Assembly (NCBI GenBank): GCA_951406725.2
Contig: OX597832.1
Location: 16,120,001 to 16,184,000 of the forward strand
From: Octopus vulgaris
Taxonomy: Eukaryota
DNA: 64,000 nucleotides
Reading direction: 5' to 3'
Shown here: piece after piece, positions 42,131-55,666 of the stretch
Position numbering within the stretch: the stretch's first letter is position 1
How the letters are laid out: every line of letters starts with the position of its first letter
Translations under genes and position numbers: made by a program
The notes under the pieces: generated by a model
Database searches by the model: none
What the model was told of the DNA's origin: nothing
What the model saw: only the letters and a program-made list of their open reading frames with translations

Positions 42131-42490
42131 AAATGTAACTACACTCCATCAAAATGTAAGAACAAAATTCTTGACCATTACTGCGAACACATCAGAAATT
42201 ACCCATATCAGCTTATACACAAACAAAAATGCAAGCCAAACTTCAGCAAAAACGAATGGATTGACGTGGAGAGATTAAAACATGATAAAGCAATCACTAT
42301 CAAAGAGGCCGACAAAGGTAGTGCAGTAGTCTTAATCGAAAATGTATATTATATAACCCTTGTACTGTCATTATAAGAAGACACACTATATGTAAAAGTA
42401 ACAATACTAGAGACAGCAGAAAATAATGATACACCTAAAACAGTGTTAAACGTATACAAAGTAGGTCTCATCGACAAGGAATAAAGTATT
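42131..42490 (+). pseudogene. Penelope-like RT N-terminal fragment (DKG motif)
   Basis: PNFSKNEWIDVERLKHDKAITIKEADKGSAVVLIENVYY. IKEADKGSAVV at 42299-42331 is the characteristic PLE motif preceding the RT core. Confidence 0.85.
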
Positions 42491-42625
42491 CCTTAGTTGC
42501 ACAAAAATGAATAAATGTAATATATATGTTTGTTTTCTACAGCACCTGCCTACGTATTTTGTTTCTTTCGTGAATTCTCCCTATGTATATACATAGATAT
42601 TCACATGCTTGTAAATATATGCTTG

Positions 42626-42680
<55 letters not shown>

Positions 42681-44159
42681 ATACATACACACACACAGAC
42701 ACACACACATATATATGTATGTTTGTGTGTGTTTGTATGTGTGTGTATGTGAATGTATTTACATAAATATATGTATGTATTTACGCACATAAACATACAG
42801 AGTAAAAGAATGTGTGAGAAAAGTCGCAGAGGGAAACACTGGCGTCTCAGGAACTATGCATGGGAATAATTTGAAATGCTTTTTCTTAATTCTTTAATAA
42901 TTTTGCAACATTATTTAAACTAGTTATTTTACCAGAAATGTAGGGAATATCTTTCCTGCAGGATGAAATCTAAAAATCGTATGCATAAGCACGTATGAGT
43001 TCTTTCCTTACACTTGCAATTTCGTAATGACGTAATCTTCATGAACACTTACAATTAATTACACTGAAAATATAGAAGACTGACTTATCCGCTTGGCATC
43101 CCAGTATTCGCAAAAATCACAACAGTTATTTCCATGCTTTCTATTTGCATTATCCGACATCATCTCATTCCTTTATCTCGTTCAGAATGAAATATAACCA
43201 GAGAACATCATGTTAGTTTTTAATTTTACAAATATGTAATCCGGAAGACTACGATACCAAGGACGAAGAGTGTCATACATATTTTATGCTTATATACAGG
43301 GAGAGAGAGAGAGAGAGAGAGGGACGTGGAGCAATATGAAAACATTTGAAATCGCTAATACGTTTCTTTTTCCTATCTTCCACTATTTCGTAGAATAATT
43401 AGGGCAGAGCGACTTATTAATATTACGTATATATAGAATGCACGTCATGTTCGGTGTCCATATTTCTCTTTGAGGTGGCACTGTTTCCAATTATTTTATA
43501 GAAATGTATTAACAATATACCTAATGTACCTGTCCAATGTTATTCTCTCAAGTATTATGCACTCGCCTTTATATTATAAAATGAGAGCATAGAATAGTAA
43601 AGAAAAAGATATATCCATATTCCTATACACATATATAGATGAATATCTAAGCTCACACGTGCATATATATATGCATGCCTAAAAAGTTATGGAGTTGTCT
43701 GTAATGTAGCTGTGTATGTTTCAGATCATCGCTAAAAAAATATCTTCAGATGGTTTTGTTGTTCTTTTATATCAATATACAGCAGGATATAGTTCTATAG
43801 TTATAATGTGCTTTGATACGATCTATTACATTTCCGTCTGTTTTTGAGACATAGGCTTCATGTAATTTCGTTAACATCGTATGACCTGCGTAAAGCGTCC
43901 ATCGTGTGTATATCCGCTCAGCATCTGCATTTGAGGCGTGAATTATCACGGAAATAAGCAGTTCTAGATCATGGTTATTAACGCCATTCCACTGACAATA
44001 TCGTGATCGGTGCTGCCATTGTGATCATCCTTCCCACTTCTCAAATTCGTCCAGAATAATATTGTGGTCGTAAACATCATCATCATCATCAACATACTAG
44101 GTGTGCTCAAATAATGAAGGTGCAAAAAAAATATTAGCAATGAATAATAATGAGAACAT

Positions 44160-44209
44160 TAATAACGATAATATCAATAATAATAATAATGATGACGATG
44201 ATGATGATG

Positions 44210-44250
<41 letters not shown>

Positions 44251-44375
44251 TATAATAATGATGATAATAATAATAATTAATAAGAAGAACTATTAATAAT
44301 ACTAATAATAGTAGTTGTAGTATCAGTAGCATCATCATTATCTTCATCCTCAGCAGCACTAGTGGAAGTAGTAGC

Positions 44376-44432
<57 letters not shown>

Positions 44433-44474
44433 TGTGGTGGTGGTAGTAGTAGCTGTAGTAGTAGTAGTAGTAAT

Positions 44475-44559
<85 letters not shown>

Positions 44560-44560
44560 T
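44160..44560. repeat. Compound trinucleotide microsatellite (AAT/GAT/GTA/GCA)
   Basis: Read directly. Confidence 0.95.
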
Positions 44561-46578
44561 TTCCTTTAACTCACATGACATTGTTTTCTTTCAGTCATCA
44601 ATGTTGTCATCACCGATGCTGCTGTGATTTTTCTGTGTTAGCATCGTTATTTTCATAAGCTGGAACAAGATGATGATCATCATGAAGCTTATCTCAATCA
44701 TAGATATAATCCACTTCCTATCGCCACCATCATCATCATCACCGCCGTCATCATCATCATCATCATCACCAGCATCGTTATCATTATCATCAACACAAAC
44801 AGCACCACCAATAATGTCTTCTGTTATAGTTAAGACATAAAATTTATCGTGCGTCTCCAGGTAATGCTTATTTAAAAAAATAATAATCTTTATTAGCATT
44901 ATAATAGCATCATCGTCTTAATAGTTCTTTTCCTGTATTTTCTTCTTTCTTTCAAATTCTATTCTGCATCATGTTTTTTTCATAAATTCCCAGACTAAAA
45001 TATTCCTGTCCTCAATATTTTAAATACCTGGCAGAACACGACTTCCACTGCATCAACCACTGATCTTGGTAAATTATTACGCGCATGAAATATCTTTTGT
45101 AAACGGAATGTGAGATAGAGGATAAATTATGTTAGCTTATTTCTGCATTCATACCCGAAAGACCGGAAACCACAAAAACCGAGTGTAAAGCGCGAGCAAT
45201 TTTGCAAAGGATTGTCTTTTTGGAGAAATGTATCGGAACGAAATCTAATAGGGCACACGCTGGGAGTTTCAATTTACCTCAAACCCACCCTACCGTAAGA
45301 TATTCTTCTGTGTGCGTATCCTACCGAAGTACACGCAATGTAATCATTTTCTCAGCTTGAACAGCAGCGGAAATTACCGTCTATTTCCTTTCTTTTAAAC
45401 ACCTGTATTAATCCATTTTCGTGATAGTTGAAGAAATCTCGGTCCTATAAAATTTTGCAAATTGCCTCATTTTTATCTTTACATCAATGCTGTACTTAAG
45501 GCGATCTATAATGGAAAATGGGAGAAAAATCTCATCAGTTAAGTTTAGGGATGATAACCACCATGTTTTTGAATTTGGGAATTAAAACTTTTAGCGTTTC
45601 AGAGATTATGTTCCCTCGTTGCAGAAAATAACGTCGCTATTTCACATTGTTGGCTTCGTGGCAAGGTTATTTGGATTGCTTGAGGTATGTGCACACAACG
45701 CTCTCATTTGCTACATTACTATGTGTTGACGCGTTCTCTCTTTTTGCATTCAAATATATTCTTAGCACCTACTATACTTTTCAATCACTATTATTCCTTC
45801 CACAAACTGTTGCTCTACTTAGTCTCATTGTATTGGAATTAACGTTTTCCCTAAACCATGTGTTTCTCTTTTGTTCTGCCTCTAATTCTTTAGTTCTCTG
45901 CAATTCAAAACGTTTATATATATTCAGTGTTCTAGGGAATATGTTTCTCTTTCCAATTTCAAATGCTTGTGCCTAAAGAAATTTGGTGTCCCTTACTCAC
46001 TTTTTTATATAATATTTTACAATATTTCTTTTCATTCTACGGTAATATGGAGTACAAGAATTTAGCTGCTATTTATAACACAATACCTACATCACGGAAC
46101 ACCGTTTGGCTATGGACCCACAAATACATGAGAAAATACGTTCCCGCATTGAGTATATTTTCTTGGATGCTCCTCCTTAGATTTAATATATTTTCTAGGA
46201 ATTAATTTCACGTCTATAATACACGCATCTACGTTTCTCAATATTTTTTAGCGTATAGCATTGCACGCCATAGTACATAATTGTTATAATATTAGTATTG
46301 GTGTTTGGGATCTGTATAAATAAAATTTATCTTATACTTTTTCACGGTATAGCTGCGACGTACAGGTGGTATCATTGTCTCACACATACGTGGACATCTA
46401 TACGTTTAATTTACTTGTCTTTTGTACTAAATCTTAACGACCTGCCACGAAGGAAAATGTACGTAATATTATCAAATTTAGGATTTACTGGATATAGTTG
46501 TTGGCTGATTAATTGCATCACGAGCGGATCGGAAGTCCTCTACAGCTATACTGATTTATTGTAATGTTAGGTGCATTT

Positions 46579-46712
46579 TGCAGCATGTTTTGTCAGTGAA
46601 CAGGTCGCGGTTTCAAAGCGACGAAAATATTTTGACAAATTAGATTTAAATTTTGAAGTGAATCTAACGGTTTTGTGTGTTTCTTAAATGGCTTATAAAT
46701 ACCTTCCACGCT
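46579..46712 (+). mobile_element. Dispersed repeat carrying a G3-C8 hammerhead (copy 2)
   Basis: Inverted paralog of 8281-8418. Confidence 0.85.
46589..46639 (+). ncRNA. Minimal type-I hammerhead ribozyme, G3-C8 variant, perfect stems
   Basis: UUUGUCA-GUGAACA-G-GUCGC-gguuucaaa-GCGAC-GAAA-AUAUUU-UGACAAA: 7-bp stem I, 5-bp stem II and palindromic AAAUAUUU at stem III. Confidence 0.7.
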
Positions 46713-48453
46713 GCAATTGATTTCGTTCCAGCACACGATCTCAGAACAAGTCACCCGCTATGCATTTACATCTCAGTAATAGGTGCAAACTATTTCTTAT
46801 TTATCCTAGGTGTGGCGTCGGCAGTAATGGAAATTTACTCAACCATGTGTCACAGTGTACGGAACTAGTTACTGAGTGGGTTTTCACTAACCGAATGTTA
46901 ATATGATATAAATACTTCCTTTCTGTCTGTCTGTCTGTCTCTCTCTCTTTTTCTATCTCTCCCTCTTTCTGTCTATCTCTTCTCTCTCTCTCTCCCTTTC
47001 TCTCTTTCTGTCTCATTCTTAATATCTCTGTTTTTCTTGTCTTCTTATTACATTCTTTTTATCATAATCATTAAGTAGCCAATACTTCGTTTCTGCACTT
47101 GATATTTATTGAATGACATTTATCTTGTTGGCCTATTCTGCAACCATCTACGGCAAGCATTTGTGTAGTAGTCTTGCGCATGAAAGAAAAAAACCGTACA
47201 GCATACAGTGGGGATTTTCTTGGGATCATTATTTTATTCCTTTCACTGTTGTTGTCGTTGTTGTTATTGTTGTTGTTGTTCATCGGTTCACCTATCTTAT
47301 CCATCAACGTTTTTGATATTACGTTTGTTCCTGCTCTACTGGATATTGCAGACATTGCTGCTATTGCGAATTATACTGCCGTCATGGATTCTACTGCATC
47401 TATATCTACTACAATTTATTATAGTTGTCTTAACTACTGTGGTTATGTTTGAGAGATTGCTCTTCTTGTTGTTGTTGTGGTTGTTGTTATTGGCGATGAT
47501 GTGGTTTCATTGTCCATTTTGTCCTCATCATAATTGACTGCAGTTGTGTTACGGCAACAGATGGTAGTCAAGCTACTTATCTGTAAACTGAGTGAATATG
47601 AATCGCCATTATTCACTGATTATTCAGTGCTATTAATTCCCTCATTCCAGTGTATATTCTGCTGTCGTCATGATTTTGACCATTAATGTACACGCTATCA
47701 TGTTATTTTCTTTTTGTCATTTTAAGGAAGGTGCTTCTTAACACCAACGCTAACTGTCACCCAATCCACATAGTGAATTTGAAGTATTTAACACAATACA
47801 CGTAAATAACAGCGAGGTTATCTCATATGAAATGATCTTTTTATGCGCTGTAGCGAAAATAATAGCTAAAGCTATATGGGAGGAGTTTTCATGAAATGAG
47901 AAAGCATCGCTACACTGGAATATGCCAAAATAAACAAGGATATCAAGGCAAATTGGTCAGATAATGTTGTCAAAGACCATTAAGGCGAAAGTATCAGAGA
48001 AACGTTAACTTTGTGCCTAAAGACTACAATCTAAGTATACAAAATACACAATATTCTCTAGAAATGAAAAGATATAGAATTGCAGATGACGTAGGAGATT
48101 TTGACCGAATTGATCCCTATAATAATAAAAGTTTTACGGATAGTTAAATATCATACAAACAAATACATAACCAGAGCCTCAGGACTTCACTATATATATA
48201 ACACACAGAAAAATAGCAATAGCAAAGCTAGGGGCCGCGCACATCTTACATAAATCTCTTTCAATACAGTAAAATCAGCAATACTTAAAAGGCACAGAGA
48301 TTAGAAAATGAGAACCTCTTTGAATATTCATATTTTAGTTAACTGGCTGTTCTCAATTATATTTTAATTCCTATATAGTGATTTTCGTGCATTGATAAGC
48401 ATGGATGTTGCATTTCATAGTAATGTATTTGTTTCCCATTCCTAAAATATATA

Positions 48454-48781
48454 AAGGAGCACTCCGTCGGTTGCGACGACGAGGGTCCCAGCTGATACGA
48501 TGAACGGAAGAACTTGCTCGTGAAATTAGCGTGCAAGTCGCTGAGCACTCCACAAACTAGTGTAACATTGACGTTGTTCTCGGGGAGATTCAGCATGACA
48601 CAGAGTGGGACAAGTCTGACCCTTTGAAATACAGGTACTACTTATTTTTGCCAGCGGAGTGGACTGGAGCAACGTGAAATAAAATGTCTTGCTCAAGGAC
48701 AGAACGCGCCGCCGGGAATTGAACTCACGACCTTACGATCATGAGCCGAATACCCCTAACCACTAAGCCACGCGCTTTCAC
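48454..48781 (-). mobile_element. SINE family A, full length
   Basis: Head gcgcgtggcttagtggttagggg...gagttcaattccc. Perfect 13-bp TSD cctaaaatatata (48441-48453 and 48782-48794). Confidence 0.93.
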
Positions 48782-48844
48782 CCTAAAATATATATTCAAA
48801 CTGTATTGCCATGAATCAGAATTTGTTAATCACTTTAGGTCATG

Positions 48845-48914
48845 ATGAGTAGCAGTAGAAGTAGTAGTGGTAGTAGTAGTAATACTAGTAGTAGTAGCAG
48901 CAGCAGCAGCGATT

Positions 48915-48968
<54 letters not shown>
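48845..48968. repeat. (GTA)n/(GCA)n microsatellite
   Basis: Read directly. Confidence 0.95.
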
Positions 48969-51900
48969 TTTCCCTTAACTTTCCATTTTTTACAGTTATT
49001 CTTCTCATCCTTCTTTAGCTACACATCTCACAGAATAGAAATCCAGAGACACCTATGAATCAAGTATAATCTTTAACACTCGATGATATCGATCTCGGAA
49101 TAAAGTGTTGATATTTTCTACAAAATTATAAGAAAGCAGAAGGCAAATGTCCTGCTCTTTCTATTATACATTTCTAACCGTATGATCTTAGTGGCTTTGC
49201 TAGTGTTATATCGTAATTTATGTGTGTGACCTAACTGTTCTTTAGTATGTATGGTATTAAAGTATTTGTGTTTGTAATTAATTTGATTTCTTTCGTCACT
49301 GATATGAGCTTGTATCACGTTGCGGTGTCACATTGTATTTTGGACATTCTATCATCCATATTTAATCCGGTGTGCTTATCGCCCTTTAATATACTGGTAG
49401 TCTACATCCATAACTACTAAACAGCTGTTTCAGTTTGTCATGGTTAACCCCACAAAATAGCAAGTTATTTTACCTGCTTGCAGTTACTCATTCCTTGTCC
49501 ATCGTATATATTTCACTCTGGATTCAATAGCGCATCTTTGATTATGTAAGTACGTTACTCTCTACATAGATATTCTTTAGAATTTTCATTGGTATAGAAT
49601 GCTCGAAATTTGACACAAATGCTATTGTAGTGCAGAAGAATGCGCAACAATGCATAAATATCTCAAACACATACATATAAATGCACACATTATATATGAC
49701 TTCCATTCAAAGACTTCGGGAAAGTATTTCGAAGTGTCAAACATTTATACGGTAGGAATTAATTCTATAGCTGTTACAATCGATAGCAATAACTTGACCT
49801 TGCTTTTTTTTGTATTTCTAATAATCTTCGTTTATGGCAGATATATCATTATTTGTAGAAATAGAACAAAATTAAATTTGAAATAGTTATTGGTATTGAT
49901 GATTATAACTTCACTTCCGCGATGTCACTAATGATTTTAAACATAATTTGTTTGTAACACATGTAGTTATATATCACAGAATTACGTTAAAGGAGGCAAC
50001 TCGGTAGAATAGTTTGACAATTGTTTGACTCCTCTCTTACCCAGATCAAGCAACGTTTTCCTGTTTTATGTAATTCTATACAAAGAACATGATTTGAAAA
50101 AATCAGTGAATAATGAATGTTATAATTCGTAAGCCCTGCTTTCCCTGCATTATGGTTTAAATTTTCCATCTCAAACATTCATAATATAATGAGAAATGAT
50201 AACAAAGCAGTGGACGAGATCTAGTTTTACACACTTACAATGCAGGAATAATCTAAGAAAGAGAACTTTTGCATTCTTGAATACAAAGTTAAACAGAAAA
50301 TTAAATGAATATGACATTGAATATTATGAAGCCCTAGTTGATGCCGATGCTACACGTGATGATTATGATAATTGTGATTATGAAGACGCTCATCTAGCTG
50401 ATAATGAGTGTTCCGATAATTGGTAACAGCTATTTTCCAACGTTATTTAATTTTGTTATTAAAAGCGACACCTTTAACTCAACGTGTTGGGTGATTCATT
50501 GCATAACATCTTTCCAATATGAATTCCATTCAAATTGGAGCCCTATTTTCTATCTCCATATTTGGGTTTCTTTTGAGATCATTACAGAACGGAAATATGT
50601 AAACGGTATATAATACTTCTAGACAAATGTGTCACTGAAAACGGTAATTTTCTCTTCATTGAGAAATACTAAAGGCTGTTATTAGTCACAGATTCTATGT
50701 ATAGAGAATTAGAGACTGCAATGTGTAAGGATAGCTTCAACTATCCGTCCGGATTTTACCTAAGAGAAGTTGTTAATTCACAACCCTACTTCCAATTATG
50801 TCACCAATACCGTTCAAGAGCATAGAATTGATGAATATCATTAAGAAATAAATGGTTCCATTTCACATAGCCTTCAGCGAAATGCCCCAGGTGTCACCTG
50901 TACGACAGAAACGAAATCATTATATTAATTTGTTACGTAATATAATTAAGCAAATATTGAATTTTCTCATTCATCCTGACAGACAGAGAAAAACACCAAA
51001 TGTAATTAACACGGATATCATCGATGAATATTCTATTGAAGGATAAGATAATTTAGCTACGTTTTTTTTTCTGTATCTTTATTGGTAATCTTTACAATTG
51101 TGTGCATGTTAGCAATTTAAAATTATGTGGACGGCTGCATTACTTGTGCAGTCAATGAAAACAAAGTGGATACTGTTATGCTGAATGCAAATAACAGTTC
51201 ACCAATAAATGCCTTCCAGCACTAGAAATAATACATCTGCAAGCTGTTTGCAATGTAAAGTACTCGTGCAAAGACATTGATCACAGGAAAGGACAGAATT
51301 TATTAGAAGAATTCGTGCGTAATCTGATGAGGAATATTTTCCTAAGTATTTGAAAGTGTGTTGATTTGAGTCAGTGAAGTGTGAGAAGGTGAACAATTTA
51401 TGTAGCCAGTTGTAACGCGAGCCAAAGTAAGTTGTTGGTTGAACATTGAATCTATATTTATTGGGTAGTTGAGAGCACAACTGTCTCAGTTATAGGTAAC
51501 TGAAACAATAAAATAACTAAGAAACTTTTGTTTATGTTCTCTTCCACAACGTTTTTTATTAGCTATTTTCAAAACTCATGTTGTTTCTTGCAGATAATTT
51601 CAGAAGGTTTTGGACTGACCGATTGACAGTAATAAAATTAAGTGAATATACATATATATGTGTGTGGGATATTACCAGTAATGTTTTTGCTAAACTTATA
51701 CATAGTTGTCAGTAAGTTATACTTTTAAGATCCTCGAAATGTTAAAGTTTGTAATTTTAACACTTCCGACACAAAATTAGGTAATCGGTGAAACTGAAAA
51801 TTAATATTCGCCATAGATAGATTGTTGTGATATGTTCTCCAAAAAAAAAAAAACTTTTTAAGGATCAACTTTAGGAATTTGCATCAATTACTCGGTTGTT

Positions 51901-52476
51901 TATAATATATTGCGTCTATAATTCCCGCTGGGCATAATGACCGATTAACAGCTGACGTTTTACGCTTAATCATCAGGTATAGTGTTCTCAAAAAATAGAT
52001 AGTTTGAGATATGATATATCCCCAGCAATTATTCTTTATGGCTTGCTTTTTTCAAATACTCTAGTTAATTCTCAGTTAGAAAAAGTACTTCCATAAATAT
52101 CATTTTCGGGGACACTCTTATTAAAAAAATAATTCTTCAATATCGTTGTTAAAATGTAACATCAATGATCAAAATTCACTTCACATTGATTAAAAACGGG
52201 GGACTTAATACAGAGTCTTAATATCCTTGACGTGCAAATTGTTGAATTAAATCAGACAGTTCTAATTTCAGCTTTTGCAAGATATGTAGGTGTACCTAAG
52301 TTAAAAAAATATCAAGCAATAGAGAATCTAATATTAATTGATTCTGTACATCTTATTTTATGAATTAACCAGCTAAAACTATTTGTTCTCCACCGTTAAG
52401 ACACTGCAAAAGAATAGAAATATAAGGCATTTCATGTTTTTAATGGCATGAAACAATGCATTGTCAATTTCCTCAT

Positions 52477-52870
52477 AGGCGCAAGCGTGGCTGTGTGGTA
52501 AGTAGCTATAGGCGCAGGAGTAGTTGGGTGCTTAGTAGCTTGCTTACCAACCACGTGGTTCTAGGTTCAGTCCCACTGCGTGGCAACTTGGGCAAGTGTT
52601 TTCTACTATAGGTTCGGGCTGACTAAAGCTTTGTGAGTGGATTTGGCAGACGGAAACTGAAAGAAGCCCGTCGTATATATGTATATACATATATATGTGT
52701 GTGTGTGTGTGTGTGTTTGTGTTTACGTCCCCGTAACTTAGCGGTTCGGCTAAAGAGAACGATAAACTAAGTACTAGGCTTACAAAGAATAAGTACTTTC
52801 TCGATTAAAGGCGGTGCTCCAGCATGGCCACAGTTAATTGACTGAAACAAGTAAAAGAGAGTAAAAGAAA
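52477..52870 (+). mobile_element. SINE family C with duplicated 5' end
   Basis: ataggcgca...agtagct occurs twice in tandem, followed by the normal family C body and an (aaagagt)-like tail. Confidence 0.9.
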
Positions 52871-53139
52871 GTATACGAAATATGAGAGACTGCTGTCTAT
52901 TTCTACAAGCATGTTCAGTTAATTCATCAGTAGTTGAATATAAAACGAGACATATATATTTGCTTGTACAGTTCCTTCCACTATACGGAGCCTCACCGTT
53001 TGTTGAATTATTCAATCATATATCACGTATGATATATAGGTGAGTTGTTTGTTATTTTGTCCCTGTGAGACATAAGGAATGTCTTCCAATACGAATGTGG
53101 CGGATACTCATCTTTTCATTTTCTTTTACACACTTGTAT

Positions 53140-53356
53140 TACTCTTACTCTTTACTCTTTTACTCTTATACCTGTTTCAGTCATTTGACTGCGGCCATGC
53201 TGGAGCACCACCTTTAGTCGAGCAAATCGACCCCGGGACTTATTCTTTGTAAGCCCAGTACTTATTCTATCGGTCTCTTTTGCCGAACCGCTAAGTGACG
53301 GGGACGCACCAGCATTGGTTGTCAAGCAATGCTAGGGGGACAAACACAGACACACA

Positions 53357-53395
<39 letters not shown>

Positions 53396-53543
53396 GACAG
53401 GCTTCTTTCAGTTTCCGTCTACCAAATCCACTCACAAGGCATTGGTCGCCCCGGGGCTATAGCAGAAGACACTTGCCCAAGATGCCACGCAGTGGGACTG
53501 AACCCGGAACCATGTGGTTGGTTAGCAAGCTACTTACCACACA
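53140..53543 (-). mobile_element. SINE family C, slightly 5'-truncated
   Basis: Reverse complement of the family C sequence, with a (ttttactc)n tail at the left end. Confidence 0.92.
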
Positions 53544-55098
53544 TTAAATTCTTTTTATACCTGCAAAATGGATAACTTGCACTAATATCAACATATTAGG
53601 GATGATACATATTTGTACAGAACTTTATCCACGAACGTTCGTACAAAAAATTGTAAGCCTTCCAGATATTTTCATGAATATATTTATAGTAATTTTGAAA
53701 AAAAAATTAGAAATCATCACTAAAATATCAGCTGAATTCAGTAACACACATTAAACTAATACTTTAAATTTACACCAGCATTCACTTTTACTATTAACCT
53801 TCTCGCGTTTGTTACAGTAATTAAATAATTATCAGCAATATATTGGAGGCGATTCGATCGATTATATTCATATTCTTACAAATGTTTAGCTATTTGCTGA
53901 AGTTAAAGATCAATGTTATCACAACCATTTAACCGGAGATAACGGATCAAAAGGGTGAAAATCATTTTTAAATGTTTCAGATTCACTAATTTAATGTCAC
54001 ACCTCTCTTTGTAGAATTTGCGCCTCGGTTGATTTTCCACTTCAGTTATACACAATCGACATAATATGTACTGTTAATATACTTAGTTCGGTATATTAGT
54101 AATAACACCGAGAATATATCATTTACAATAAATATCGGCCAAGTCTTGAAATATAATCAATATTTAGAGAAACATTGTGTGTTTGGAATATCATAAAACA
54201 AAAGAATATAAAGAAAATAAATATTACAGGAAAACAAAAGCTGCATTAATATTCTTCACAATTTTCTGAATAATCTACTTCAGTTCAAATTGCAGATTAA
54301 CCCCGTGTTCATTGCTTCCTCTTTGTCAGTCAATTTGAAGGAAACAGAAAGGAAAAAAAGAACTTATTAAATGAAATACCACGTAAGATAAGCTAGAAAA
54401 TCCTTCGTTGAAGCCATGACCGTGAAGAAGCAACGTAATAGCTGGCGGAAAACTAAGTACTGTCGAAGCAAAAATTACTTCAAGTAAGAGGAGGTCAGCA
54501 GGAATTTATACACAAATAAATACCAATTTATGACTCAATCACTTGTCTGTGAATGGGCCATTAGAGTGTGCACTGTATAATCTATACTTTGCAAACATTT
54601 CATTATTTCTCAATATCGTAATGATTTTTAAAATGGCGACATTTTATTGTTACGAGATGTTTACTAGTAATATATTATAGGAATCACTATATATAGCGGT
54701 ATGATGCTTTCTCTAATATTTTAGGTAAATCTCTTAAAGTAACAGCTCTTTATCACTGTAATGCATCGTAACGTTCTAAGTGATATGTTAGTTTTCAATT
54801 TGATCGTTATGTATGTAGGTGTAAGAATAAACAGAGTCCGGTCTATGGAGACTTTAAAGTGCACATACCGAAAATCACATTGATGTAGCGCATAAGTACC
54901 GTAGGTAAAGAGACTACATGTTGTACTATCAGATAAATACGGAAAAAGGTTATATCGCAAATTTCTTTGAATTTCGTGGAGTAAAATCTGGTGATTGCTT
55001 TTGTATTTCTTCTTCGTAGTTCGTTAGTGATTGCCGCATTTCATACGTCAAATCTATATCAAGGAAAAATTGAAGATCGAGGTACTTAGCCGCTCACA

Positions 55099-55134
<36 letters not shown>

Positions 55135-55317
55135 TAATATTCTATAGAAAAAGTGTTTATTTTGAATTCTCAATCATGTTGGAAGAAGCATTTCCGTTCT
55201 TCATGCGGTTTTATTCGGCAAGGGTTTTTGTTTCTATGCCGTTTCGTTGTTTTCTTTGACCTCCCACGAATCTTCTTTGATGTATGGAGCTTTTTTTTAT
55301 TTTCCATATTTTATCCC

Positions 55318-55363
55318 GCTTCTTCTTCTCCCTCTTCTTCTTCTTCTTCTCCCTCTTCTTCTT

Positions 55364-55394
<31 letters not shown>

Positions 55395-55600
55395 TTATTA
55401 TTATTATTATTATTATTATTCTCCTCCTTCTCCTTCTCCTTCTCCTTATTCTTCTTCTTCCTCTTCTTCTTCCCCTTCTTCTTCCCCTTATTCTTCTTCT
55501 TCTTCTTCTTCTTCTTCTCCTCCTTCTTCTTCTTCTTCTTCTTCTTCTTCTCCTTCTTATTCTGCTTCTTCGCCCACTCCTATCCTCATTCTTCTTCTTC

Positions 55601-55665
<65 letters not shown>
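55318..55665. repeat. Compound (TTC)n/(TTA)n microsatellite
   Basis: Read directly. Confidence 0.95.

Positions 55666-55666
<1 letters not shown>

Noticed and set aside
45650-46200. Minus-strand peptide GKRNIFPR...KRNTWFR, faintly like a PLE thumb extension
   Set aside because: A single weak motif with no supporting neighbours that I could align.
51320-51350. CUGAUGA followed by a GGAA/UUCC hairpin
   Set aside because: The hairpin is followed by UAAG rather than GAAA, and there is no stem I.
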